Positions 42,780 to 57,584 of a DNA stretch of 64,000 nt are shown one piece after another; the stretch's first letter is position 1; each line of letters opens with the position of its first letter. The translations under genes and the position numbers were made by a program. Origin of the DNA: the human T2T-CHM13v2.0 reference genome, Homo sapiens; assembly GCF_009914755.1 (NCBI RefSeq), contig NC_060931.1; one strand, given 5' to 3'. The notes below the pieces were generated by a model. That model was not told the origin of the DNA. It worked only from the letters and a program-made list of their open reading frames with translations, and made no database searches.

Positions 42780-42860
42780 GTAGGTTGATACAAAAGTAAT
42801 TGCAGTTTTTTGCTATTACTTTAAATGGCCAAACCTGCAACTATTTTTGCACGAACCTAA
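42780..42860. mobile_element. MADE1 mariner MITE (palindromic)
   Basis: TAGGTTGATACAAAAGTAATTGCAG...CTGCAACTATTTTTGCACGAACCTAA. Confidence 0.9.
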
Positions 42861-42864
42861 TAGC

Positions 42865-43110
42865 TAATATTTAATGAGCATTTACAAGTGGCCAGGCACA
42901 GTTCTAAACTCTTCACATATATCAAACTCATTTAACAATTACTTAAGTACAATCCCATGGGATAGGAACTATGCTTAGCCCCATTTTGCAGATGGGACTG
43001 CTGAAGTTCATGGGATTAAGTGTCTTGCCCAAGTCACACAGATGGAAGGTGGTAGAGATAAAATCTGAACACAGAGAGTTTGACTGGAGTCCATTCTTTT
43101 AGCCACTTTA
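42865..43110 (-). mobile_element. MIR
   Basis: CCCCATTTTGCAGATGGG...TTAAGTGTCTTGCCCAAGTCACACAG. Confidence 0.75.
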
Positions 43111-44394
43111 CTAGTCTCCCTTTAGTAGCGATACAAAGGACTGGGGGCCACAGGTCTGAGTGTGAGCCCAGTAGCATCCTTTGTAGCTATGCCATCCATA
43201 TGAGATTTCTACCTAGACATTTTCACCTAGATTTCTACCTAGAGAATTTATTGGCTTTGGCTCAGATAAGGGGCTTGCAGCAACTTGAGTGTAATAACAT
43301 GACATGATAAAAACCATGTGAAAAGACCAAGTTAGCATGAAGTCATACCTCATGAAAGGATTACAGTCTAGAAGTCACTGCGGGAGGGGGGTGGTGGTGA
43401 AAATGATGTAGAACCAAAATTACCTTTGAAAATCCCTTAAATTGCTCATCACATTCTGCATATCTAATTCCGTGCACACAGCCTGTTACAACATTGATAA
43501 ACCACAAGGCCATGGGCTCGCTACAAACTCGGGTGGGCACTCCACATGTTCCAGTGACCAGCCTTTCCCTCCCTGTGACAACACTATTTAAATTCATGTT
43601 CTTTCTTGCTGACTGTATAAAAATTCAAGTCATACCTTCATTTTTTATTTGTTTCTTTCTCTGACTCTAGTTTTCTTTCTGTCCTGTAAATGTAGTATTC
43701 AACAAGGTTTAAAGCATACTTCTTGAATCTTTGTTCTTCCACAACACGGTTTTCAGCTCTGACACCCATTGAACCTACCACTTAGTCCAACGCCACAAAC
43801 AGTTAATTGAGGGTCCCCTGTGTACCAAATTCTGTGTTTGCTGTACTCCTACCTCTCAGAAAGCTCCAAACCTACAACCTCCTGAACATTTCCACTTAGA
43901 AGTCATGCCATGTCTTCATCTTAGCCTGTTTAAACCTGAGCCGGTTGTCTCTCTTGACTTTTGGGAGTTACTTCCTGACTTCCTTCTCTCTGTTGCTGGC
44001 AGCAGCTTCTGCCTGTCTGTTGATCCTGACACCACAGCAACATCATAAGAACCTCCTCTGTCTTGTCCCCCATGCCTGAAAAGGCACCAGGTCCTGACTT
44101 CTGTAATCTTTTATTTCTTTTGCCTCCAAACTATTCCAGGAGCCCCCATCAGTATCTGGCCTCCTGTACCTCTCCAGTTTCATTAGGACATGCATGTTTG
44201 TGAGACTAATTTTCCTTAAAAATTCTTTGTACTGCTTCCAAGATAATCTAAATGCAGTTTGGCTACAACCTAGTGATCCAGGGTTATCTGTGTCTCTGCT
44301 TCTACAGAATTCTACAGGAATACTTTTCTTTAGTCACACAGTTGTGTTTCTTACTGTTTCTCCATTTCTCTGCCTGAATACCCTATACTTACTG

Positions 44395-45660
44395 TAAAGA
44401 TGGCAATTCTCGAAATTAATCTACACATTTAATGGATTTGCAAATTGAGGTGCAAATGGTTTTATTTTTGTAACTTCTAAAATTTATCTTTAGGAATAGA
44501 TGCACATGAATAGCAAAAAATATTTAAAAAGAAGGAATTGAAGGGAAATGTACACTAACTAAATATTAAATTGTGAAGTTACATTCAAATAAATATGCAG
44601 AAATTTTATCAGAATAGATAGAACAATGAAATAAGACAACCCTAAATGCAAGGATATATCTCTTTTTAGTAGTGAAAAAGTATTTTTTAATGTGAAATGA
44701 TGGTTTATCCACTAAATGAAGCTAATGTAATTTTGATTTAAAAAATCAAGAATCTTTTACCTCTTACCAATAAAACAAATCCTGGGAAGATAAAAAATTG
44801 AAAAGATAAAATACGCCACAAAAGCTCTGGAAGAAATAAATCTTAGTTAACTATTTATAAAATCTGGGAATGTGGGAGGTCTTTTTAGCCATAAACTGAA
44901 GGCAAAAACCATGAAAAACACATTTGGATATGTAACTACATAAATATGAAATTATGCATCAAAGGTATCATAAACAGAATTGAAAAGCAAATGGCAGAAC
45001 TGAGAAAAGTATTTGTAACATATGAAACAAACAAGAGATTAATATATTCAATATGTAAAGAATCACTATGCGCCTATACGAAAAAAATAAACGCTACAAT
45101 TGAAACAAAGGGGCAAAGGCTAAAAATAGGCAATTCATAGAGAAGAAATATAAATGGTCAGTAAAATATAAAAACATGTTTTTATGTTTTTAACCTTGCT
45201 TCTAATCAAATAAATGCAAATTTAAACAAATTACTGCTGATAAGTAAGACTTTTTATTTATTAACTTCTGTACTTCTTGACAACTTTAAAAAGGAACATG
45301 CAAATAAAATAAAAAGAATAAAATGTGCTACTGTGAAACTTGTGTAAACCTGTAAAGCACTTACTGTTTTCTAGATCTTAAGAATACTCTTATAGGAGCA
45401 TACTTATTAGAAAGCTATCTGTTAACAAATACATTGTTAAGAGAAAAAAGTAGCCTATAAATCAGAATGCATAATAAGATCCCATTTTGGTGAAAATACC
45501 TGTAGAAATATTAAAAGATGGAAGAAAATCTAGATGCATATATAATAAAATTTTAACAGGGGTTGTTTCTGAATATTGCAAATATGGATAATTTTTTTAT
45601 TTTCTTGTTCTTGCATATATATTTTCTAGTTTTTCAACCATGAGCTTTATTGCTTGAAAA
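44395..45660 (+). mobile_element. Old L1ME-type ORF2/3' remnant
   Basis: A-rich; AAAGATGGCAATTCTC..AATTAATCTACACATTTAATG; CAATTCATAGAGAAGAAATATAAATGG. Confidence 0.6.
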
Positions 45661-45746
45661 AAACTTTTATGTATAACATACATATAGAAAATTATGTAAC
45701 TTGTAAGTGCCAGCTTGATGTATAACCACAAAGTGAGCAAAACCAC

Positions 45747-46821
45747 TGTATTAGTTTCCTAATTTTAGCATCTTTTGCAATCTGGATAGGCCAAGAATCT
45801 CTAAAATTATCAAGTGCTAGTTATTTGTTGATTAGCAGTTCTTTCCTCAGTTTATCTCTTTCCTCTAGTGTTTTACTACAAGCAGCAGCAAGCAAAAGCC
45901 AGGCTGCACCTTCCACACTTTGCTTGGAAATCTCCTCAGCTAAATATTTAAGTTCATGGCTTAGACATTCTTCCTTACACTCAATGTTAGAACTAAATTT
46001 AGCCAGGGTTTTCCCACTTTATAACAGGCAGAGCTTTTCCACCAGTTTTCAAAAACATATTCCACATTTCCTTCTGAGACCTCACCAGAAGTGCCCTTAC
46101 CATTTGTATTTCTTTTAAGATTCTATTTTTGATGAAATATGTATTCTCTAAGATGATAGAACCATTCTCTTTCCTGCCCTTCTCTTCTTTCTAACTCCTC
46201 ACCAGAATGCCCTTTAAAGTCTATATCTCTGTCAACCATCTCTGCAGGTTAAACTACGTCTTTCCTATCAGGTGCCTCAAAATTCTTCTAGCTTCTGCCA
46301 TTTAGCCAATTCCAAGGCCACTTCCACATTTTTTTAGGTTTTTGTTACATCAATACCCCACTTTCTGGGACCAAAACCCATATTGGTTTCCTAGAGCTGC
46401 TGTAACAAATTACCTCAAACAGGGAGTGGCTTAAAACAACAGAAATTTATTATCTCACATTCTGGAAACCAGAAGTCCAAAATCTCTAGATCTTGGCTGG
46501 GCTAGCCTACGTCTGAAGGCCTAAGAGAAAAACCCTTTCTTGCCACTTCCAGCTTCTCTGGTGGCTTCTGGTGTTCCTTGGCTTGTGGAAACATAACTTT
46601 AGTCTCTCTGCTTCAGTTTTCACTTGAGTTTTCACATGAACTTCTCCTTTCTATATATCCCTGTACCTTTTTCTTTTCTGTCTCTTATTAAGACATTCAT
46701 CATTGGATTTAGGGCTTGTCCTAATCCAGGATGACCTCATCTTGATTACATTTGCAAAGACTTTTCTTCCAAATAAGCCCACATTCCAAGATTCTGGGTA
46801 GACACTATTCAGTGCACTATA
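45747..46821 (-). mobile_element. Deleted MLT1 provirus: full LTR (46379-46821), internal sequence and about 15-bp stub of the other LTR
   Basis: TGTATTAGTTTCCTA at 45747; MaLR-internal-like CCAGGCTGCACCTTCCACACTTTGCTTGGAAATCTCCTCAGC; LTR GGCTTAAAACAACAGAAATTTATT. Confidence 0.7.
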
Positions 46822-47665
46822 ATTACACAGCTACCATCTAGGTCATGAAATAGAATGTCCTTATGCCCTTCTAACAATCCTTATCCATCTCTCATCTCCG
46901 TAAGTTACTACTATCCCTCCTAACACAAGAAATTGTCTTACCTGTTTTTAAGCTTTATATAAATAGAATAATATACAATGCAGCCTTTTACATCTAATTC
47001 ATTTGGCTCAATATTGTATTTTTGAAATGTCCGTATGTTTTTGCATATAGTAGTGGTTTCTTAATGTTATTTATACATAGCATAATACATGGTATATCAC
47101 ATACTTTATTCATCTATTCTACCTTTTTTTTCAAACTTTTACTTTAGATTCAGAGGGTACATGTGCAGGTTTGTTACCTGGGTATATTGTATGATACTGA
47201 GGTTGGGGTACGAATGATTCCCATCACCAGGTACTGAGCATAGTATCCAATACCACTCTACTTTGATAGGTATTTAGGCTTTTCCTAAATGGGAAAAACC
47301 TAAGTTTGGGGTTATTATGAGTAATGCTCTTTTGAAAATTCTTGCACATGTTATTTGGTACACACATGTAAGTGTTTTAGTGAGATGTATACTTAAAAGT
47401 AGAATTGCTAAATTATAGGGTATTTGTATGTTTGGATTTAAGAGTTACTTCAAACAGTTGTCTAAAGTGGCTGTGTAAATTTGCACCCCCACAGCGATCT
47501 GTTTGAAAATTCCAGTTGCTTCACATCCTCGTCTTCATTTGGTATTGTCAACCTTTTCCTATTTTGTCCAGTCTGGTGGGTGTGTAGCAGTATCTCATTG
47601 GGGTCTTAATTTAAATTTTCTTGATGACTAATGACAGAGCGTACTTTTTCATATGTTTATGCATT
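46822..47665 (-). mobile_element. Old L1M fragment containing a younger L1PA16/PB 3' end (about 47124-47252)
   Basis: TTCCAGTTGCTTCACATCCTCG...GTATCTCATTG; inner GGGTACATGTGCAGGTTTGTTACCTGGGTATATTG. Confidence 0.75.
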
Positions 47666-48269
47666 GCTTTTTGTATATAAATACAAGAGTGTAAGGTTTT
47701 GTTGAAAAGGTGCTCTCCTGTCACAAACATTTCTATGGAGCCATCCAGGAGAGCTTACATTCAGAGAATCCCTCAAAAATAAGCTGGTGAGAGAAAGCTC
47801 ACTTTAGTCTAGAGATAAATCCCCTTTTCTTCCCTGCTTGTTTTCCAGTCTTCTCCTTTGTTCCAGTCAGAAAAAGATTATCTAGGTGATGTTTGGCAAG
47901 CTTTTTTAAAAAAAATCTATTAATGGCAAAATTCTCTTGAATTACTCTTAAACTTTCAAAAGTTCACTCCTTTCCCTATACACACATCCCACTCCTATAA
48001 GAAATGGTCTCCAATACCATGGAAGCCTAAGTGGGGCATAGTTACCTAATTTAGGCTTTGCCTATTTGGGGTTACGTAGTTGTTTTTCATCACTCATCAC
48101 TCCCAGCAGAATTAGAGATCTAACCCTTTTTCTGCATTAGGCTGTGATGAATCATGTCAATTGCAAAGAATTTGTCTTGTTAAAGAGGACAGATGTGGCT
48201 ATGAATGACTCAAATATGTGAGAGATCATTAGTGTGTTGGATGACAGGTTTGGGACTAACAGTGGCAAC

Positions 48270-48895
48270 TGCTGACATTTGCTGCATGGTTGCTTTGAGC
48301 CAGGCCCTGTGCTAAGCCCTTCATTGACATGACTGAAGTATTCTTCACAATAGCCCCATTAAAGGCAGTGAAGGGAAATTAGAAAGCAATGGACTGTCAG
48401 CCGACTTTGCAGGAGCAGCTTATGTGAGTTCTGGGCATTTGACCTGGCTTCTTTCACTACCATGATCTCTATAAGAAGAGCAAGCCCCAGGTAGTTGTAG
48501 CCTTTTACCCTTGGTATCAGCATGGATCTTCAGGTAGAGCAGACCTGAATGCACCTGGAAGCCTGAGTTCAGCCTAGAACACCAGAATCCCATCCCAATC
48601 TGCAGACCTATGAGTGTAAAATAAATATGTGCTGCTTAAACCTTAAAGCTTTATGCAACAATCCCTTGTGTTAGCTTTAAGCTGTTGAAATTTTGAGAGA
48701 ACGTTTGTTATTATTCGACAGAAACCGAATAATAGAGCAGTACTCTTTTTACATCAATTTCCTCAATGAGTAAATTTAGGCTTGGAGAAATTAAACAATA
48801 TCCACAGATCACAACCTAATAAGAGAGGGAGCCAGGCTTCAAGCCAGGACTGCCTTATTTCTGAGGAGTCCATGCTCTTAACCACTACACTGTAT
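48270..48895. mobile_element. MIR (minus) interrupted by MLT1 remnant (plus, about 48370-48735)
   Basis: GCCAGGCCCTGTGCTAAG...resumes at TTTCCTCAATGAGTAAATTTAGGCTTGGAG; MLT1 CTGCAGACCTATGAGTGTAAAATAAAT. Confidence 0.55.
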
Positions 48896-49049
48896 CTCCT
48901 TCCAAATTTGCAACAGGCTAGGGCGATGGGTCAAAAACAATAAGATGGAGTTTCACTGGAAGGAACGCATGGCTCAATGTGTCAGTTAAAACAACAGCAA
49001 CAAACATAATAGTAACTAGGATACAAGCAGAGCATGAGCAAGGTGCTCC

Positions 49050-49400
49050 CTGACCACAGGCCTAGTGGTGAGAATCGAAGACTCAAAGCTCAGCTGTTAT
49101 GGAAAAGTGGCTCGGTACCAGGCCATGTTAGTGGAAGTGTGCTGTCTGGAAAAAAGAAAATGGCAATTGTTTCTTTTCTAGCTGATCAAAGGACACCTGG
49201 AATATTACATTTAGTTCCAGGCAACAGATTTCAAGAGGAATATTGACAAGCTAAACTACGTCCAGATGAGAGCAAACAAGATGCTGAGAAAACTCATAGC
49301 AGTTGTAAAGTGAAGGAGCATAAGTATTTAACCCAAAGAAGAGAAGCCTCTAGAAGGAGTGATGGCTGTCTTAGGACACCTAAAGTGCTAAAAGGGGCAA
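49050..49400 (+). mobile_element. L3/CR1 ORF2 remnant
   Basis: TTTCAAGAGGAATATTGACAAGCTAAACTACGTCCAGATGAGAGCAAACAAGATG resembles the CR1 RT C-terminal region. Confidence 0.55.
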
Positions 49401-49559
49401 CAGGGAGGCCAAGTTGTAATCCCCTCTCTCCTGGATGACCACGACTGCCCACAGCAGCCATTGCATTCACCATGTGCATGGTGACCTTTACCAAACACAA
49501 ATGTGACTTTATTATTGTGGTTCCCCATGCTTCTTCCCTTAGCAAACACTCTCAGTGCA

Positions 49560-49584
49560 AACACATCCACATACACAGCCACAG

Positions 49585-49616
<32 letters not shown>

Positions 49617-49690
49617 CCCTACATATATGGTCTTCTACGTACAGTTACACTTACATACACACCCACTACATATATGGTCTTCTACATACA
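49560..49690. repeat. (CA)n-rich tract with duplicated CTACATATATGGTCTTCTAC
   Basis: Read directly; 20-mer at 49619 and 49666. Confidence 0.85.
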
Positions 49691-50459
49691 GTTTCTTCAG
49701 AACATAAGGGCAAAGCTCAAAAGATAATGCTTTGTTAGAGGTCTGGGGACAAAGAGCCAGGTAGAAGAGAATTAAGTTATGGGACAAAGGGAAAAAATAT
49801 GAAGTGATGGTGTGATTATGATGCCAGATACAGCTCCACAAAGAGACACACATGGTTGGTGGCTTGGTCAATAGGATATTACCAGACAGGCCGTAAGGAA
49901 CCACTAAGCCTCTCCTATTCCACTAAAGGGAGGAAGAACCGGATGGAAGAACCTATTTGTTGAGTCTTTCCCATTTCCTATGGATGCATTCCTATGGAAG
50001 TCAGATCCCAACCCCTCTGACAGCTGATAGGACGAAACTCCAGTGGCAGGAAGAGGCACAGCCTCCATGGGATGGCAAGGTTGGGTCTGGGCACCCAGGG
50101 CCGTGCTGGAGCCCACATTGGTGGCCCGTGTGCATGCAGGTGGGACTAGGGTGAGGCGGCAGCTCCTGAGGCTGCATCATCCAGGGCGCTCCAGGAGTAG
50201 GCAGCCAAGGGTTTGGGAGAGGGTTGAGGAGCATAGAATCTGAAGGTACATATATAGGGTCCAACACACACACACACATATACACTTCTTTAGTTGTTCC
50301 CACTACTTTTAGAATAAGGAAAAAATCCTTTGCATGGCTCTTGCCCACTCACTTTAGGTTGGAGTCACTCTGGGTTTCTTTCGGGTCCTCGCATCCATCG
50401 GGATCCCTCTTGCCTTGAGCTTGTTCTCTCTGGAACATCATTGGCCCCTAACGCCATCC

Positions 50460-50765
50460 AAGAGTTAATTCCTATTCATCCTTCAGCTCTCAGCTTGTTA
50501 TGACTTCTTCAGAGGAGCATTTCCAACAAACCACTTCCCTGCCACCTACCCTGCAGCCTAGGTGGAGCTATGTCATCCAACTATCTTTTCTCTTTCCTTC
50601 ACAGTACTTAGCCCATACCCATCAGTCATGTTTGATTAATGTCTGTCTCCCAAACTACACAATAAGCTCCATGAGTGCAAGAAATGTGTCTCTTGTTCCC
50701 CAGTTTTCCAATGCACCCCCAGTTTCTGCCCAGTGCCTGACACCAGAGCAAGTGCTCATTAAACA
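50460..50765 (+). mobile_element. L2 3' end
   Basis: TCATCCTTCAGCTCTCAGC...TAAGCTCCATGAG...CCAGTGCCTGACAC. Confidence 0.7.
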
Positions 50766-51874
50766 CATAAAGAGCTTCAAAATAAGAGAGGAATTATATA
50801 GACGTTGCATGACAAATGAAGACCAGTTTATACATTATAGTTATCCCCGAAAGAGTATGGGCTGCCTCGGGTGGATTTCATTTCTCTGTTAGTGAATTCT
50901 AAATTGATTCATACATCAGATAAGGGTTGGCTGAGATAACTTCTAAAAGTTAGTTCTGAGAATCTGTGCTCTGAATACTCCATGCATTCAAATAATGCCC
51001 TGGCATTAAATTATTGTGAGACTCTCTTCCATTCTTTCTACTGGCACTATCCCTTTCCTTTTTGATTTCCCAACCCATGGAGCATTTCGGAAGCATTTGA
51101 CACTCCCAGCTTGAGACTCAGGAGTCTTGACCCTGCGGGTCATTCTTGTTGTCCTTTCTGCTTCTTGTGGTTTGAGTCTGTGATCCAAAGAATGGGGCTA
51201 AATTTGTAATCAGCTCTGTTTATTCTGCCCATTCCAACACCCGAATTTGGAGAGGATGTGTTGGTGGGGAAGCTCACAGAGTGTCAGATTCAGTCGGGGT
51301 AGGATGCTGAGTAGAGATTGGGAGGAGGTGAGCAGGAGCAGAGAGAGACAGCACAAGGCAGCCTGTCACTAGCTAACATGATCTGAGCAGGTCTCTGCAA
51401 CTTCTCAAAGGTTGGATCTTAGGGCATCCCAAGGATGAACACATAGTGTTGCTTAGCATGCTTCTACTATAACATGTTGTTGGCTCTGGCCAGCTTAGCA
51501 TGTGCAAAAAGCAAGGATCCCTGAAGGAGGGCCTGTGTAGCAGTTTATCTCTTTAAGAGTTTGTTATTTTTTGCAACGTTCTAATGTTCATGGCCTATAG
51601 TTTGCCCTGGTGAATGCTTGTTAATGCAGTTTCATTGTTGCCTAGGGAAAAAGAACCCCAGTGACCCACTACAATAACCACTTTAATGTGGGGCCTTTGC
51701 TTTGGGCCTGTGTAGGATCCTTTAACAAATGAGCAAAAGTGGCCAAAGTTATATGAGGCAGCATTGCCAGAGGTTTGTGATAAAATCTCTAGTCACTGCC
51801 AGGTACAGTGTGAACGCTGTCAGTCTGAGGATTAACTTTTCTGTAGTAACAGCTAAGACTTTTTCTTTTTAAGG

Positions 51875-52120
51875 TTTCACTGCATGCCAGGCACTGTGCT
51901 GGGTGGTAGGGATGAGGATAGGGAAATGCTTTCATTTGCATGATTTCAATTAGTCATCATCATAACTCTCTAAGGTGGATATTATTATTCCTGCTTTACC
52001 AGTGAGAAAATGAAGACTTAAATGGTTCAGGTGACACATCCAGGGCCACAAGGTCACAGAGGTAGCAAATATTGGGACTGAGATTCTGCTCCAGACCCAT
52101 TGCCTGTCCCACACCAGGCT
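51875..52120 (-). mobile_element. MIR
   Basis: TGCCAGGCACTGTGCTGGG...ATTATTATTCCTGCTTTACCAGTGAGAAAATGAAG. Confidence 0.7.
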
Positions 52121-52611
52121 GCCTCAAAAATAACCTGAGCCATTTGGCCTAAGGCTGGGTATTTGGCCCCTATTAGTAACAGGAGTGAGGCTGTTTCTCC
52201 ACCTCACCTGAGACCTTTCAAAGAGTGAATTGGGGATTGCATCTATGAGCCTTTCAGCTGGGCATTCTCCATCTTCCCTAGGAAACATATAGAAGGTGTT
52301 GACAAATGTCAGAATAAATCAGAAAACTTTTGACCAATCATTGCTGTTTGTTCAGCTACTCGTCTTAAATTTCCATTCCGATGATGAACTAAACATTTTC
52401 CTTTGTCTCTCAGATTTCAACAGGTACTTTAAATTCTCAAAATAACACCCACTTCACTGGGTTGTTGTAAGGAGAAATGGAAACTTATAATGAAATGCAC
52501 ATATGATCATATTCTCACTATCACCTCATTACATTACATAAAAATTAAGATCTGTAACATGCAGAAAGTTGAAATATACATATACAGACAAAAGAGTCTG
52601 ACACAATTTTT

Positions 52612-54066
<1,455 letters not shown>

Positions 54067-54562
54067 TCAGGTATACAGAACCAATTTTCGTACAGAAAAA
54101 AGCTATAGAAAATGTCGTTTCTCAAGGGACATGGAAATATTCCTGTCACTTAGATCTGAAATAAATTTCTTTAGAAGATTGAAAAGGACAATAAATTATG
54201 TAGTGACTATTGTCCTCATCATCCCTCCTCCCCCATTTAATTCAATAGTACTCTTATGGTGTCTTCATATTATATAAAGGCAAAATACCAAAGTGCAGTC
54301 GTTTTAAAGGAATTCTGAAAAAGGACTACAAGATTATGGTTCATTGGTACATATTTCTAGAGCTTCAGTGAATCCAGGATTAAAATCTAAAATAAAAAAT
54401 AGATGAGATGCATATATTTTTATCTTCTATAAATGACATTTTAATCAATAGAACTTGAAACGAAAGTTGAACAAAAGTGAGTTTGAGGCTGTATAAGGAC
54501 AAATGTGGCCTTCATGACAGTAGGCTTAAGAGAGGAAGCTTTGTGGCAAGTATGGGTGCTGT

Positions 54563-55078
54563 GTGGGTGACCAGTGTTTTCCAGTTTGCCCAGAACTTTC
54601 CCAGTTTTGAGGCTAAAAATTCTGCATCCTCACAGCTTGCTACCCTGCCCATCTTAGTCCCAGGGAAACTGGGACAGTGGGTGATATGGTTTGTATTTCT
54701 GTTCCCACCCAAATCTCATGTCAAATTGTAATCCCCAGTGTTGGAAGAGGGGCTTGGTGGGAGGTGATTGGATCATAGGGGGAAGACTTCCCCCTTGCTG
54801 TTCTTGTGATAGTGAGTGAGTTCTCATGAGATCTGGTTGTTTAAAAGTGTGTAGCACTTCTCCCTTCACTCTCTTCCCCTTCTCCAGCTATGTAAGACGT
54901 GCCTGCTTCCTCTTCACCTTCTGCCATGATTGTAAGTTTCATGAGGCCTCCCCAGCCCTGCTTCCTGTACAGCCTGCAGAACCATCAGCCAATTAAGCCT
55001 CTTTTCTTTATAAATTACCCAGTCTCAGGTAATTCTTTATAGCAGTGCAAGAAAGGACTAACACAGTTGGTCACCCTA
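54563..55078. mobile_element. MER81-type hAT-Blackjack MITE split by MSTA
   Basis: TIRs GGGTGACCA / TTGGTCACCCTA. Confidence 0.75.
54682..55065 (+). mobile_element. MSTA (MaLR) solo LTR
   Basis: TGATATGGTTTG...AAATCTCATGTCAAATTGTAATCCCCAGTGTTGG...GGACTAACACA; TSD GTGGG/GTTGG. Confidence 0.93.
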
Positions 55079-55404
55079 GTGCTAGGATAGGTGTTTCAAA
55101 GCCACATTTGCATAGCAAGCACACTGTTTTCACTTGGATTGCATGTTTATATAGGGGTGGCTTTGGGGGAAACTGATGGCTTTCCCCGTCAGAGCCAATG
55201 CAGGCGCTCTGTTGTCAAATCTGAATGCTTTATCAGTGTGATGATTGGTGGAGTCCTATCTTTATGTAAACCTGAGGAACCTAAACAAGACACGTTGCTG
55301 ACTATACATCCATCCCCCTTCGCCCTTCAGTGGGTAGAAAAATCCTAGGTCAAAACAAGCATGGGGGAGTTTTCTTCACTGAATTTCTTTTGAAAATTAA
55401 AGAG

Positions 55405-55615
55405 AACAGCCTAATGTAGTGGAAAATACCCAAGCTTTGGAGTTGGCTTACCAAAGTGAGCCTTCTGGCTTTGCCACTGATTAGCTGTGGGATTTGGAGC
55501 CTTTCACTTAACCCCATTGAGACTTAGTTTTCTCATCTGTAAAGTGGCCACAGGGATGTCATGAAAATTAACTGAGATACTTGAAAGCCCTTGGCATAGT
55601 GCCTAGTTCAACAAA
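55405..55615 (+). mobile_element. MIR
   Basis: TGGCTTTGCCACTGATTAGCTGTG...AGTTTTCTCATCTGTAAAGTGG. Confidence 0.75.
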
Positions 55616-56119
55616 TACCTGTTTCCTTCTCCTTTTTCCTTCTCCATCTAGGATGAATGAAGTTTGCCTGCAGGTGGGAGATTTGAACCAAAACAATAAT
55701 TGCTCTTTAGATAAACCTCAGCAGCTGGAATATTCCCACTGCACCACAATGATGAATGGAGAACTGAACGTCTCGGGCCCGTTCCTAAGTTTGTTTTGTC
55801 TGCTTGCAAAAGATGCGATTTTGCAAAGTACTTTATAGATACTAAATATTAGTTTGGCTGTATCTAAAACATGTTTGGACTATAGAATCTCTTCTTTAGC
55901 CAGTAAAAGTGTGTGTACTCTCTTTCTCTTTCCTTTTTTGGCTAGAATCATTTTTTCTCCACTTTTGCCTTCTATGTTGTTAGACTTACTAGTTGTGGGC
56001 TCTTGGGCAAGTTATTTCCCTTTAGTAGACTTAAACTCCTTAAAACAAAAGGGTTAAACTAGATAGTTTATAAGGGCCCTTAAGCTCCAGCATAATGTTA
56101 TGTGGGGAATAATGTTCTT

Positions 56120-56640
56120 TTATTAATTTAGCAGATATTTATTGAACACTACTTAGTCTTGATAGTACTTGGTACTACTTAGTCTTAATAGTACTTGATA
56201 CTACTAAGTACCAAGCACATATGCACTAACTAAGGATACAGCAGAAACTAAACAAGCAATATTTCTGCTCTCATGGAACTTACATACCAGTGAGGGAGGC
56301 AGAAAACAAAGTATAAATGAGTATATACATTTAAGGGGTGGCAAGTGTTGCAAAGGAGAGCGAAGCAGGGAGAAGGGAGAATGAGTGACAGTAATGGTGA
56401 GGTAGGGAGGCTGAATCTGATGGTGCTTTTGAGATGTGGTGGGTAGGAAAGTTCTCTCCAGTAGCTGCACAAATGTGCAGAGACCTGAATGAAGTATAGA
56501 ACAAGCCATGCAGACACAAGGGAAGGGGTGTTCTGAGCAGAGGATACAGTACGTGCAAAGGCCCTGAGGTCGGAGCATGCGTGCAGTTACAGGGGATATC
56601 AGGGAGGCCAGTATGACTCTGAGTTCTGTGAGCCTGGGGA
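56120..56640 (-). mobile_element. L2 3' end
   Basis: ATATTTATTGAACACT...CTGCTCTCATGGAACTTACA...GTGCAAAGGCCCTGAGG. Confidence 0.8.
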
Positions 56641-57584
56641 CAGTAGTTAGGGATGAAGCCAGGGAGGGGGTTCGGTGTCTGATGACATAGGGTGATAAGA
56701 ATAGGTCACCATCGGCTCAGAATCTGTACCCAGCACACGTTCTCCTGCTGATCCTAGCATAGGATCAAAGCCCATCTGCTTCTCCTCTCTAATTTCTAGG
56801 TGCTGGCTTCCCACAATCACTCTTTCCATGACACTGTGTTTTTCAACCTCATCGGATGCATGAGGAGGTGTCTTTAAAGATCATCAGTCCCACTAGGGCA
56901 CGAGAGGGCTCAGAAGTTCGACTATCTGGCCTGCTATTCCCCATTTTTATAGGGATGAGGGCTGACCCTAGGTGCCTTCTTTCCTCATCTCCCCACCTGG
57001 ACTGGCCCTCGGAGGTGTGGAACACATGTAGTGTGTTTAGTAAGAAAATTAACACGTACTATTTCCTATCACATTAAATATGAAACTGTGGTGGAAAGCA
57101 AACTTTGGGGAAAGGTAAACTCCTGTTTTGTTAATGCTTTGGCAAGATTTCCCCCAATGGCTCTGTGCTTGCTCTAAGCTGGATTTACACCAAGCTCACC
57201 CTTCTCAGCACCTGTTTTTCTCTTATGTAAGGGAAAAAAATGTCTTGAAAATCTGCACTGGGCATTTGCCATGCTAGACTGAGAAACACCAAAGTTTAAC
57301 CTTTGTTTTTTCAATTATCTGGCTAGTCACTAAGGACTGGCCTCCTACGTCCAGCTGAAGCTACGCTATATCTTTAAGGGGGATGTGGAAAATCCTCCTC
57401 TTTATCAGAGTACTCAGTGAAGATATTGATAGAATATTTCTTTCCATGGGATTGACTGCCTCTTTCTTATACTCCAAGGAACTGGCAGAGTCCAGGACAA
57501 GCCACTCAAGCCTTAATGCATTTGAAACCATCCCTAACCATTTCATGTTCTGGGAATTCTCTGTGTTCAATAAAGGGATGTTAA

